A stretch of 64,000 bases of DNA from a virus (lineage: Duplodnaviria; Caudoviricetes). Location: positions 14,929-78,928 of IMG/VR virus record IMGVR_UViG_3300033068_001920. One strand, given 5' to 3'. Shown piece by piece: positions 19,198 to 27,770 of the stretch; the stretch's first letter is position 1, and every line of letters starts with the position of its first letter. Both the position numbers and the translations under genes were made by a program. The notes under the pieces were generated by a model, which ran no database searches, was not told where the DNA came from, and worked only from the letters and a program-made list of their open reading frames with translations.

Positions 19198-20330
19198 ACG
19201 ACCACCGTGATGCGCTCAGCGGCGCGAGTCAAGCCGGTGTAGAGATGCTTCGCCGCGTCCTCGCGAAAGGCGTAGGACTCATCGAATAGGACGACATTGT
19301 CGAATTCGGAACCTTGGGCCTTGTGGACAGTGAGCGCGTAGCCGAAGGTGAATTGCTGCAGCCCTTTCAACTGCTCCCACGCCAGTTCCTTTTCGGCGCC
19401 GCGGAAGAACTGCTCCGGCACCTTGACGCGGACGGTGCGCGCGCCGGGGTCGTCGATCGACCTTGCCTGGATCTTCAGAACCCCGGTTTTGCTCTTAGCA
19501 TCGACGCTGATCGCCTCCCACAACCCGCCGTTCAGTAGTCCCAGTTGGCGGTCGTTGCGCAGGCAAACCATCCGGTCGCCCGGGACAGGGTGATGCGGAA
19601 CTTTGATGCCCTGACGATCGTGGAGTTCGCGGATCCGTGAGTTGAAATTGTGCCGCGTCTTGTTCAGGCCGCAGAGCACTTGGTCGGCGGACATGACGAG
19701 CTCGCGCATGGCGTCCTTGCCGATCTCGCATCGACGAACGACTCGGCTGTCGCCGTAGCGCCCGGCATGCAGAGGCCTGCCCTCACGGACATCCATGCTC
19801 ATCCGGATGATCGGATTATCGGCGGCCTGGCGGTGAACCTCCGTCAGCATGATGTCCGGCTCGGCGTTGATGAAGAATCCCTCGCCCTTCACCGGCGGCA
19901 ACTGCGCCGGGTCGCCGAGTACCAGAACCCGCGTCCCGAACGAAAGCAAGTCCTTGGCCAGATCCTCGCCCACCATCGACACCTCATCGATCACGATCAA
20001 CTTGGCGTCGGCGGCAGAACTATTCGGGTTCAGAACGAACCGCGGCGTCTCTTCGGCATCGGTGCCTTCGGGGATGTAGATCATGCTGTGAATCGTGGAC
20101 GCGCCGGCGCAACCCTTCTTGCGCAAGACCAAGGCTGCTTTTCCGGTGAATGCAGCAAACTGCACGGAACCCTTGACCTTCTCTACCACGGCCTTGGCGA
20201 GCGTCGTCTTGCCGGCGCCGGCGAACCCGAACAACCTGAATACTTGTGGGCCATCCGGATCCGCAAGCCAATCGGCGACGGCCTTGAGTGCAGCCTCTTG
20301 CTGCGGGCTCCACGTCGGGGCCGCGGTCAC
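19194..20330 (-). CDS. Dda/RecD-like SF1B helicase
   Basis: GFAGAGKTT, IDEVSMV, GDPAQLPPV, LTEVHRQ, YALTVHKAQGSEF. Confidence 0.92.
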   Translation of the reverse strand: MTAAPTWSPQQEAALKAVADWLADPDGPQVFRLFGFAGAGKTTLAKAVVEKVKGSVQFAAFTGKAALVLRKKGCAGASTIHSMIYIPEGTDAEETPRFVLNPNSSAADAKLIVIDEVSMVGEDLAKDLLSFGTRVLVLGDPAQLPPVKGEGFFINAEPDIMLTEVHRQAADNPIIRMSMDVREGRPLHAGRYGDSRVVRRCEIGKDAMRELVMSADQVLCGLNKTRHNFNSRIRELHDRQGIKVPHHPVPGDRMVCLRNDRQLGLLNGGLWEAISVDAKSKTGVLKIQARSIDDPGARTVRVKVPEQFFRGAEKELAWEQLKGLQQFTFGYALTVHKAQGSEFDNVVLFDESYAFREDAAKHLYTGLTRAAERITVVV

Positions 20331-21742
20331 AGCAGCACCGCCTGGCGTGTCGAATCTTCGGCTTCGATCTTCGCCGCGAGCACCGTGGCGACCGCATGTT
20401 CGCAGCGCACCTGCGCGGTCGCGACGGAATCGGAATCCCGCTCGATGCCGACGACGCTGAAGCCTTCCAAGATCGCGCCCTTGCCTGTGCTGCCGGAGCC
20501 GAAGAACGGATCCAGAACGGTCCCGCCCGGCGGCGTGATCAGGCGGCAGAGGTAGCGCATCAGGTCCGTCGGTTTCACCGTCGGGTGGGTGTTGCCCTTG
20601 CGCGCGCCATCCGCGTTCAGATTCTCCGCGGCGCGCAGCGTGCTGCCCATCTTGAACTGCGGGCCTGGGTCTTCCATGCCTTCGTTGCGATCAAATCTGC
20701 TCGCCTTAGCTGCGTAGAAAAATCGTGCAGCGCTGCCGCCGCCATCGCGCTGGTCGCTTGCGGTCCTGCCGCCGTAGTCGCCGTAGGCATTCGCGGTCTT
20801 GGCGCTAGCTTCCGTTCCGCGGACGGGCGCCACTGCGCCACTCGCTTGGGGGAACGCCGCTTGCACTGCATCGCTGCCGTCCGTGATCAAATTTGCTGGC
20901 CAGCGACCGATATTCGGGTCATGGCCAGACTCGCTTCCGGTCTGTGCTCCGTAAGCACCATAAATCCTATCCTGTCCTTTTCTGGGCGACGCCGGAACAT
21001 TCTTGTTTGTGCCGACCCGACACCCGTCGATATTCAACGCCCCGGTGCCGTTCGCGATTACGTTCGCCGCGACGGTGCCTTCCAGAGGACGACGCGCGAG
21101 GATGATCGGTTCCCATGCGGGCTTCAGGGCGGTTCCCCATCCTTCCCATTGGCGGGCGGCATCGGTGGCAGGAATTGTTAGATCATTGCATCGCGATGGA
21201 GTGGACCACCCGCCCTGTGTCGTCGTGCCACTTGTCCTTTTAGCCGCATCGGGATGAATACCAACCACCTCTCGTTCCGCGCCAGCCGCCTTGTCTATAG
21301 CCCTGCTCACATCCATTGACTTCGGGAAGCCGGATCCATAGCACCATGCCAGCAACGGCGCGCCACCGTCATCGTCATGCGCGTAGCCGATGCTGTCGCG
21401 CAGTTCGAACCCGGCGAGGCGTATCGCCATCGACATCATGTCCATGCTGCGGGTGCCGGCGAAGGCGAGCATGTGCCCGCCAGGTTTCAGCACGCGCAGG
21501 CATTCGCGGAACACCTCCGGGCCGGGAACCCATGCGTCCCATGTCTTGCCCATGAATCCCTTGCCTTTCGGCAGGTACGGCTCGCCGGCGAGCCATGCGG
21601 TCAGACACGCGACGACCTCGGCCGGCTTGTGGTCGCTGAGACCGTAGGGCGGATCGGTGACGATGCTATCAATGCTGCAATCCGGCAGCGTGCGCAGCAC
21701 TTCCAAGCATTCGCCGTGGTGGATGACGAAAGGCGCGGTCAT
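20327..21742 (-). CDS. N4/N6 DNA methyltransferase (beta class)
   Basis: IVTDPPYG, HPTVKP, VLDPFFGSGSTG. Confidence 0.92.
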   Translation of the reverse strand: MTAPFVIHHGECLEVLRTLPDCSIDSIVTDPPYGLSDHKPAEVVACLTAWLAGEPYLPKGKGFMGKTWDAWVPGPEVFRECLRVLKPGGHMLAFAGTRSMDMMSMAIRLAGFELRDSIGYAHDDDGGAPLLAWCYGSGFPKSMDVSRAIDKAAGAEREVVGIHPDAAKRTSGTTTQGGWSTPSRCNDLTIPATDAARQWEGWGTALKPAWEPIILARRPLEGTVAANVIANGTGALNIDGCRVGTNKNVPASPRKGQDRIYGAYGAQTGSESGHDPNIGRWPANLITDGSDAVQAAFPQASGAVAPVRGTEASAKTANAYGDYGGRTASDQRDGGGSAARFFYAAKASRFDRNEGMEDPGPQFKMGSTLRAAENLNADGARKGNTHPTVKPTDLMRYLCRLITPPGGTVLDPFFGSGSTGKGAILEGFSVVGIERDSDSVATAQVRCEHAVATVLAAKIEAEDSTRQAVLL

Positions 21743-23328
21743 GCAACCACCTCAGCGGTAGCCGGTTTGTTGTCGTTCGCCGGCGCCGGCATGCAATCCA
21801 TGTAAGCGCCGATCACTTCGGCCGCCACGGCAGGAACGATTGCGTTTCCGAATGCTCGCAGCTTTCCGACGCGCGCCAGCACGCCATGCGCCAGCATCGG
21901 GATCATTTCGATTTCGGTTTGCGCGGCATCGTCTCCGGCGCGCATTCCAGCCATTCCGGCGGGAAGCCCATCAGCCACGCCACGAATTCGGGTGCCAACG
22001 CGCCGGGCTTTTCCGTCGTGGCCGACGATCCAGGCGTACGACTGCCAAGGTGATGATAGACAGCTGGTGCCAGCGTCATCCCCTTGTCCGGCGTGTATTT
22101 CTGCGCGCCCTTGTGCGCATCTGCTGCCGCTGCCGTCGGCCACATCGCCAACGCATGCGCCCGGATCGCCACCAGCCCCGCCGAGTTGCCCGCTTCGTTG
22201 TTGCCGTTCTTCGCTGGCGCGAGCGATGTCGGTGTCGGACATAGCGCAGCATGCGCTGCCACTTCGAGCGATACCTGCTTGTTCGGCGCGGCAATCCGCC
22301 GCAACGCAGCTTCCCTGCTGCTGCACCGCCATTTGCTGTCCCCCGCGCACGGCGTCGGCCACAAACCACAGTCGGTCCCTTCGATGGGGCGCATCGACGG
22401 CACAACATGGAACAATCGCCGCCCCGCAGGTGTAACCGAGTGCGTGTAGATCAGATTGCACTCCGTCGAGCCAATCGGCCGTAGTCGGCGCTCTAGCGCC
22501 GCTGCGAACCGCCCCTGGAAGCTCTCGTTCCGCTCCGCTTCCTTGGCCTTCAGCGCATCCATGATCGACATGGCGCGATCCAGTCCCCACGTCAGCATCA
22601 TCACATTCAGGCCGAACGCGATCACCCGAACATTGCTGATCGTGTAGCCCAGCTCCGGCACTATCCGATCCAGCGAAGGCGTATCCCAATCCCTCGGGCC
22701 GCCAGACAGCCTGAGTTGCATCCCCGTCAGTTCGCACAGCCCCAAGTTGATTCGCGTCGTCAGCTGCTCTCTGAAGTCCTCCAAATCGAAGGCCAAGCCT
22801 TTCTGCTTCGCGCGCTTCTTCGCATCCGCGATCATGTTCCCGGCCCGGTTGGCAGTCCGCGATGATTTGGCGATAGCTTTCGAGCGTTCCGGGTTTTTCT
22901 CTCGCCAGGCTTTCGAGCGCTCGTTTGAGCGAGGGTCCTTCTTCACGTTTTGCTCCCGCCGCGACGGCGACTTGCTCACCGAACACGACGGCAGGCCGTC
23001 TTGCTGCGATGAGTCTGAGGAAATGGGGCCACAGATGCCGATCGTCATCGGTTCCGCGCTGCTTTCCCGCGACGCTGAACGGCTGGCACGGCGCGGAGCC
23101 GGTCCACAGTTCGCGGTCGTCTGGCCATCCAGCAAGGCGAGCTGCGAGGCTCCATCCGCCAATGCCGGCGAAGAAATGGCATTGCGTGTATCCGGCAAGA
23201 TCGGAAGGTGCCACATCCACGATTGATCGTTCATCCACTTCCCCGGCCGGCAGATGCCCGGCGCTGATTAGGTTGCGCAGCCAGGCGGCCGCATAGGGGT
23301 CGAATTCGTTGTAGTAGTGGGCGCTCAT
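21739..23328 (-). CDS. C5 cytosine DNA methyltransferase, alpha frame, with ~160-aa insertion after motif VI
   Basis: YYNEFDP, FFAGIGGW, GSAPCQPFS, FGEQV, APHRRDRLW, LRAFGNAIVP; ATG 23328 overlaps the upstream stop. Confidence 0.88.
   Translation of the reverse strand: MSAHYYNEFDPYAAAWLRNLISAGHLPAGEVDERSIVDVAPSDLAGYTQCHFFAGIGGWSLAARLAGWPDDRELWTGSAPCQPFSVAGKQRGTDDDRHLWPHFLRLIAARRPAVVFGEQVAVAAGAKREEGPSLKRALESLAREKPGTLESYRQIIADCQPGREHDRGCEEAREAERLGLRFGGLQRAADDANQLGAVRTDGDATQAVWRPEGLGYAFAGSDSAGAGLHDQQCSGDRVRPECDDADVGTGSRHVDHGCAEGQGSGAERELPGAVRSGARAPTTADWLDGVQSDLHALGYTCGAAIVPCCAVDAPHRRDRLWFVADAVRGGQQMAVQQQGSCVAADCRAEQAGIARSGSACCAMSDTDIARASEERQQRSGQLGGAGGDPGACVGDVADGSGSRCAQGRAEIHAGQGDDAGTSCLSSPWQSYAWIVGHDGKARRVGTRIRGVADGLPAGMAGMRAGDDAAQTEIEMIPMLAHGVLARVGKLRAFGNAIVPAVAAEVIGAYMDCMPAPANDNKPATAEVVA
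21903..23234 (-). CDS. Overlapping +1-frame beta polypeptide (motif IX) with embedded HNH-like nuclease domain
   Basis: LAPEFVAWLMGFPPEW and WPTP repeats; CELTG...SLDRIVPELGYTISNVRVI nuclease core. Confidence 0.8.
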   Translation of the reverse strand: MNDQSWMWHLPILPDTRNAISSPALADGASQLALLDGQTTANCGPAPRRASRSASRESSAEPMTIGICGPISSDSSQQDGLPSCSVSKSPSRREQNVKKDPRSNERSKAWREKNPERSKAIAKSSRTANRAGNMIADAKKRAKQKGLAFDLEDFREQLTTRINLGLCELTGMQLRLSGGPRDWDTPSLDRIVPELGYTISNVRVIAFGLNVMMLTWGLDRAMSIMDALKAKEAERNESFQGRFAAALERRLRPIGSTECNLIYTHSVTPAGRRLFHVVPSMRPIEGTDCGLWPTPCAGDSKWRCSSREAALRRIAAPNKQVSLEVAAHAALCPTPTSLAPAKNGNNEAGNSAGLVAIRAHALAMWPTAAAADAHKGAQKYTPDKGMTLAPAVYHHLGSRTPGSSATTEKPGALAPEFVAWLMGFPPEWLECAPETMPRKPKSK

Positions 23329-23873
23329 GCAGCCACCGGCGCAAGCGTATTGACCCATCCCGGAACGAATGCGCCAGGGATGCCGCATTGGAGGAGGCAC
23401 CGCGCGTTTTCCTTTCCGTACGCGATTAGGACGCTTGGCGCTCCGCCATTCGCGTCGGCGCGTCGGCCATCGACATGGTGGAAGTGGAGCCGGCCCTCAA
23501 GGAACAGGAGCGCGTCCGCTTTCATCCAGACGTGCTCAAAGAACATGGCCGTTTCAGTGCGCGCGAAGATCAGCGCGATCGCGTTGCGGTGCTCGGCGCA
23601 ACGGGCAAGCCATGCCGCAGCTTCGCGGCCATAGGGCGGATTGCAGAAGACCTTGCCCTCCCAGTCGCGGGCAAGGCCGTTGTCCAGCATCGTGAAGTGG
23701 TTCTTGGCCATCTCCCAAGGCCGGACGATGGGAGCGCATGGATCCAGGTCGAATTGACCAAGTGCTTGGAGGATTTCAGGCGGCGTCAGCCACTCATCCT
23801 TGCCCATTCGATGGGACTGGTGTCCGCCGATACCGCGGCCCTGCGACTCGGGCAAGACTGAACTGCTGTCCAA
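23325..23873 (-). CDS. Phage N6-adenine DNA methyltransferase (Dam-like)
   Basis: DEWLTP, FDLDPCA, DNGL..DW, VFCNPPYG, ARTET. Confidence 0.88.
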   Translation of the reverse strand: MDSSSVLPESQGRGIGGHQSHRMGKDEWLTPPEILQALGQFDLDPCAPIVRPWEMAKNHFTMLDNGLARDWEGKVFCNPPYGREAAAWLARCAEHRNAIALIFARTETAMFFEHVWMKADALLFLEGRLHFHHVDGRRADANGGAPSVLIAYGKENARCLLQCGIPGAFVPGWVNTLAPVAA

Positions 23874-23975
23874 GGGGAATCCTCACCTCACAGAAAAAGG
23901 CGGGGCCGGCGCGGTGGAGGTTTCACCTTTGCAAGGGGCATGACTCCCTCGCCCGCCGACCCCGTGGTACAGGGA

Positions 23976-24224
23976 TCAAGGGCAGCGAGTGATGCTGCCG
24001 ATGTAGTACAGGTGATGATGTTTGGTCTCGCTGGCGCGATGGGAGAATATCGTTCTCCCTTCCGCCTCCAAGTCCTTCCGGATCTCGCGGATTCGCGCAG
24101 AAATCGCGGTGTCCGAGTGCTGGATGCCGAACCGACTGAGGATGCGCGCATTGATTTGATGGATCGCCAGCGCGCGCCCGCTTTTCTCCAGAACCGCTTT
24201 CACATGATCGTACTGCGTGGCCAT
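23976..24224 (-). CDS. Small HTH protein
   Basis: LAIHQI...SDTAISARIREIRK. Confidence 0.65.
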   Translation of the reverse strand: MATQYDHVKAVLEKSGRALAIHQINARILSRFGIQHSDTAISARIREIRKDLEAEGRTIFSHRASETKHHHLYYIGSITRCP

Positions 24225-24243
24225 GATCGTCCCCGGAGAGATA

Positions 24244-24555
24244 TCAGCTGCGGCGGTGAATCTGGAACTTGACGTGGTCCCAATCCAGATCGGGCGTCAG
24301 ATCGGTCATGGAGATATCGCCGTTCGTGAGCTTGTCGATCTGGATCGCGACGCGCGCATTGCAAGGCCGGTTGCCGTGGGCGATCTGGCGCAGCTGCCCC
24401 GGCGTGGTTTCCATCCGATCCGCGAACAACTTCTGCGTCTCGGTCGGAAGTCCGTTGAGCCATGCAAGCAACTTCGTGCTCATATCCTCGCTGATCCTGG
24501 TCGGATAGCGATTCGACTTGCCCGGTTTCGGCTTGGCGGTTTTCTTCTGGGCCAT
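24244..24555 (-). CDS. Cro/YdaS-like transcriptional regulator
   Basis: QKLFADRMETTPGQLRQIAHGNRP...IDKLTNGDISMTDLTPD..W; divergent from bet. Confidence 0.8.
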   Translation of the reverse strand: MAQKKTAKPKPGKSNRYPTRISEDMSTKLLAWLNGLPTETQKLFADRMETTPGQLRQIAHGNRPCNARVAIQIDKLTNGDISMTDLTPDLDWDHVKFQIHRRS

Positions 24556-24589
24556 TGACGCGGCACCTGTTGTTGTGGGTCCAGACCGT

Positions 24590-24618
24590 AAGTTAGCCGC
24601 TTGTCTGGAACTTTGCAA
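24590..24618 (-). promoter_or_regulatory. Leftward early promoter TTGCAA-N17-TAACTT
   Basis: Upstream of the cro-like gene. Confidence 0.65.
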
Positions 24619-24728
24619 GCGGTCGCTACCCCGGGTGATTACGGATCGGGATTTGGTGGCATGATGCACTCTCGCGGCGCGCAGATGGGATACATCTGTC
24701 ATGGCCCGCACATGCCCAATGTTAATCG

Positions 24729-24767
24729 TAGCGGACGCTTGCAATGCTCCAATCTTCTTGCTATGGT
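24729..24767 (+). promoter_or_regulatory. Rightward early promoter TTGCAA-N17-TATGGT with palindrome TAGC-GGAC-GCTT overlapping -35
   Basis: Upstream of bet. Confidence 0.65.
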
Positions 24768-24807
24768 TTAATCTCGTCAGAAATAAACAGAAAAGGATCC
24801 GCATACC

Positions 24808-25764
24808 ATGTCCGGCCAAATTACCACCCGCCAAACCGGCGGCCAGATGATCACAGCGGAACAGTCCGCTGCGATCCGCACCGCGCTGAAGACCAGCCTG
24901 TACCCCGGGGCGACCGACGACGGCGTGACTATGGTCCTCGCCTACTGTCAGGCGGCAGGTCTGGACCCGATGACCAAGCCGGTTCACATCGTCCCGATGT
25001 GGATCCCGGAAAAAAAGGTGGACGGCAAGGTTATCACGCCCGCCGGCATGCGCGATGTCGTGATGCCGGGCATCGAGTTGTATCGAACGAAGGCGCATCG
25101 CACCGGCGAATACGCAGGGCAAGACGAAGCCGAATACGGTCCGACCATCACGACAAAACTCGGCGGCGTCGATGTCAGTTATCCGGAATGGTGCCGGGTC
25201 AATGTTTATCGCATGCTGGATGGCCAACGTGTCGGCTATTCGGCCAGGGTTTATTGGCTCGAAAGCTACGCCACCAAATCCAAGGACACCGAAGCGCCAA
25301 ACGCGATGTGGAAAAAGCGTCCGTTCGGTCAGTTGGAGAAGTGCGCTGAAGCTGCGGCGCTGCGCAAAGCGTTCCCCGAAGCGGTTGGCGCGCAGCCGAC
25401 TGCGGAAGAGATGGAGGGCAAGACGCTTGAGGCTTCCGTCGTATCGGATCAGGCAAGGCCCGCGTTCTCAGAACGGCAGGCGCTTTCAGCAGCCGATGCG
25501 CAAAGCAGCGTTCACGCGGAAGATAGTAGCGAAGGCGGCGGCGACGCGGATGAATCCGGATCTCAGGCCAACCAAGGTGACGACGCCCCGCTGGTAAACG
25601 AAGGCCATGTCCGCATGTTGCGCTCGACACTGTCCCGTCGCAGCGTCGGCGAAACGAAATTCGCCTCGCACTTCAAGATTGGGTCGGTGGAGTTGCTGCC
25701 CGTCGCCCGCATGAACGATGCGATGGACTGGATCAAAGCGCAGAAGGCCGATTCGGATGCGTGA
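24808..25764 (+). CDS. bet: Phage recombination protein Bet (RecT/Redbeta family)
   Basis: YCQAAGLDPMTKPVHIVP, GIELYR..AHRTGEYAG, W.KRPFGQLEKCAEAAALRKAFP. Confidence 0.92.
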   Translation: MSGQITTRQTGGQMITAEQSAAIRTALKTSLYPGATDDGVTMVLAYCQAAGLDPMTKPVHIVPMWIPEKKVDGKVITPAGMRDVVMPGIELYRTKAHRTGEYAGQDEAEYGPTITTKLGGVDVSYPEWCRVNVYRMLDGQRVGYSARVYWLESYATKSKDTEAPNAMWKKRPFGQLEKCAEAAALRKAFPEAVGAQPTAEEMEGKTLEASVVSDQARPAFSERQALSAADAQSSVHAEDSSEGGGDADESGSQANQGDDAPLVNEGHVRMLRSTLSRRSVGETKFASHFKIGSVELLPVARMNDAMDWIKAQKADSDA

Positions 25765-26002
25765 CGCGCCAACCATGGCCGAGGCGTCAACCTATGGTTC
25801 CTGCATCTGCGGAAAGCGCTTCGCGCGCGTGACGCGGCAGGAATCGGGTTGCCGCCCCGAAGTGGACCGGTTCACGCCGATCGGCGACCACTCCACCGCC
25901 GCCGCGACAGCCAACTGCGACGGTTGCGGCGCTGCACTGCAGGCGGCATGGCGCCCATCCGCCGCGACGCTCGGCGTTCTGGCTGGTGGCCGCTATGGAT
26001 GA
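25757..26002 (+). CDS. Small Cys-containing hypothetical protein
   Basis: Overlaps neighbours at both ends; CICG and CDGC pairs. Confidence 0.45.
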   Translation: MRDAPTMAEASTYGSCICGKRFARVTRQESGCRPEVDRFTPIGDHSTAAATANCDGCGAALQAAWRPSAATLGVLAGGRYG

Positions 26003-26642
26003 GATGATTTTCGACCCCAGCAATCACACGTACTGGCTCGGCACCAAGAAACTGCCGGGTGTTACGGGAATTTTGAAGGTTTTGGGAGGATATGAGGGAA
26101 TCCCGGAGCGCATCCTCCGCAAGGCTGCAGACCGCGGCACCGCGGTGCACAAGATCACCGAACTCGACGACGACGGAACGCTGGATTACGAAACGCTGGC
26201 CGAAGAACTGTTCGGATACCTCATGGGCTGGCACCGGTTCAAAGAAGAGATGCGCCCCGAGATCTTCGACGCCGAGGTGGCGGGCTATCACCCGCAACTG
26301 CTGTACGCAGGCACGCGCGATCGCCGGATGATCATCCACGGCCTGAAAAAGCCGAAGATGAGCATCCTGGACATCAAGTCCAGCTACATGCTGATGCCGA
26401 CCACGGGTCCGCAGACTGCAGCCTACAAAGAGATCCACAACGCCAACGCGGAAAAAGACGAAATCGCCTACACCCGCTACGGTCTACGGCTTGGAAAAGA
26501 CGGAACGTACGAGCTCAAAGAATACAAGGATATGGGCGACTGGAACACCTTCGTTTCCTGCCTGAATTGCACTCGCTGGATTGACCAGCACAATAAACAA
26601 CTCGCATCCAACATTGAGGCCTATACCAATGACTTCGGCTGA
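25995..26642 (+). CDS. PD-(D/E)XK (Cas4-like) exonuclease
   Basis: FDPSNHTY, GVT.IL, RGTAVH, YAGTRD, ILDIKS, QTAAY. Confidence 0.8.
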   Translation: MDEMIFDPSNHTYWLGTKKLPGVTGILKVLGGYEGIPERILRKAADRGTAVHKITELDDDGTLDYETLAEELFGYLMGWHRFKEEMRPEIFDAEVAGYHPQLLYAGTRDRRMIIHGLKKPKMSILDIKSSYMLMPTTGPQTAAYKEIHNANAEKDEIAYTRYGLRLGKDGTYELKEYKDMGDWNTFVSCLNCTRWIDQHNKQLASNIEAYTNDFG

Positions 26643-27471
26643 AACCGCACCCCCGGAAAACTCCACGCTCCTCGCCTTCCCGCTCAAGTTGCGCACCGAT
26701 GCGCTGGATGCCGGCAGTATCGTCATCGAGGCCGACTTTGCCGAAGGCACCCTGGCAATGCTCGCCGGCATCAGCACGATCAAGGTCAACATCACCGACG
26801 CGGACAGCTACGCCACCGCGGCCGGCGAACTCGCCAAGGTCAAGGCAGTGGCGAAGAAAATCGACGCCGACCGCAAAGAACTGACCAAGCCGCTCGACGA
26901 CGAAAAGGCCAAGGTCATGGACTACGTCCGCCCCTATACGTCCGCGCTTGAAAGGGCCGAGGCCGAGTTCAAGCGCAGCCTTCTCGCCTATGAGCAGGAA
27001 CAGACCCGCAAGCGCCAGCTGGCCGAGGCCGAAGAGGCGGAACGCCTGCGGAAACAGCAGGAAGCCTTGGCCAAGCGTGCCGAAAAGGCGGAAGCAAGCG
27101 GGCACGAAGAGAAGGCCGACACCCTGCGCGAGCAGGCAGCGACCGCTGTCTACGTCGCGCCGGCGCCGATCGCCGCCCCGCCGAAGGTGTCCGGCCTGTC
27201 TTCGCGCAAGACGTACAAGGCCGAAGTGACCGACCTCATGGTGCTGGCGAAAGCGTGCGTCGCGCAATCTCTGCTCAATGAAGCGGCCGGCGACCCTGCC
27301 AAGTTGATGCAGATCATCACCGCGCTCGCGGCGAAACCGGCGCCGATGAAGTACCTGGTCGCCGATACGAAGGTGCTGGACACCATCGCCGGCGCAATGA
27401 AGGAAGACTTCAACGTTCCCGGGGTCAAGTTGGTCATCAGCGCGTCCATGTCGTCGCGCGCTGCGCGCTGA
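26629..27471 (+). CDS. Coiled-coil phage protein of the recombination module
   Basis: DADSYATA...IDADRKELTKPL...VPGVK. Confidence 0.75.
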   Translation: MTSAETAPPENSTLLAFPLKLRTDALDAGSIVIEADFAEGTLAMLAGISTIKVNITDADSYATAAGELAKVKAVAKKIDADRKELTKPLDDEKAKVMDYVRPYTSALERAEAEFKRSLLAYEQEQTRKRQLAEAEEAERLRKQQEALAKRAEKAEASGHEEKADTLREQAATAVYVAPAPIAAPPKVSGLSSRKTYKAEVTDLMVLAKACVAQSLLNEAAGDPAKLMQIITALAAKPAPMKYLVADTKVLDTIAGAMKEDFNVPGVKLVISASMSSRAAR

Positions 27472-27482
27472 GGGCTACGGAC

Positions 27483-27770
27483 ATGGAAAGAACATTCCCC
27501 TTCACCGCTTGGCGTCTCCTGCCAGGTTTCACCCCGGCTAAGGTCGTGCTGGTGAAGCAGTACGACGGCTACGGCGGCAAGCGCCTGGTGAGCGACAAGC
27601 ACAAGTATTACAAAGAATCCGATATCTTCGACTCGCCCAAAGCCGCAATCGACGAAGGCTTCGCACGCTTGAGTGCTCAGGAAGCGCATATCGACAAGTT
27701 GCGGGCTGGCATTGATAAGAAGCATGCCGCTTTGATCAAGGCTGAGAAGGCGCTGGATGGTGGAAAGTGA
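27483..27770 (+). CDS. Hypothetical phage protein
   Basis: Clean ORF in operon. Confidence 0.65.
   Translation: MERTFPFTAWRLLPGFTPAKVVLVKQYDGYGGKRLVSDKHKYYKESDIFDSPKAAIDEGFARLSAQEAHIDKLRAGIDKKHAALIKAEKALDGGK

Noticed and set aside
22480-22965. Insert in the second C5 MTase as an intein
   Set aside because: No Cys/Ser N-terminus or His-Asn C-terminus in either frame.
25995-26642. Cas4-like nuclease as a CRISPR component
   Set aside because: It sits beside bet in a recombination module, with no cas genes or array.
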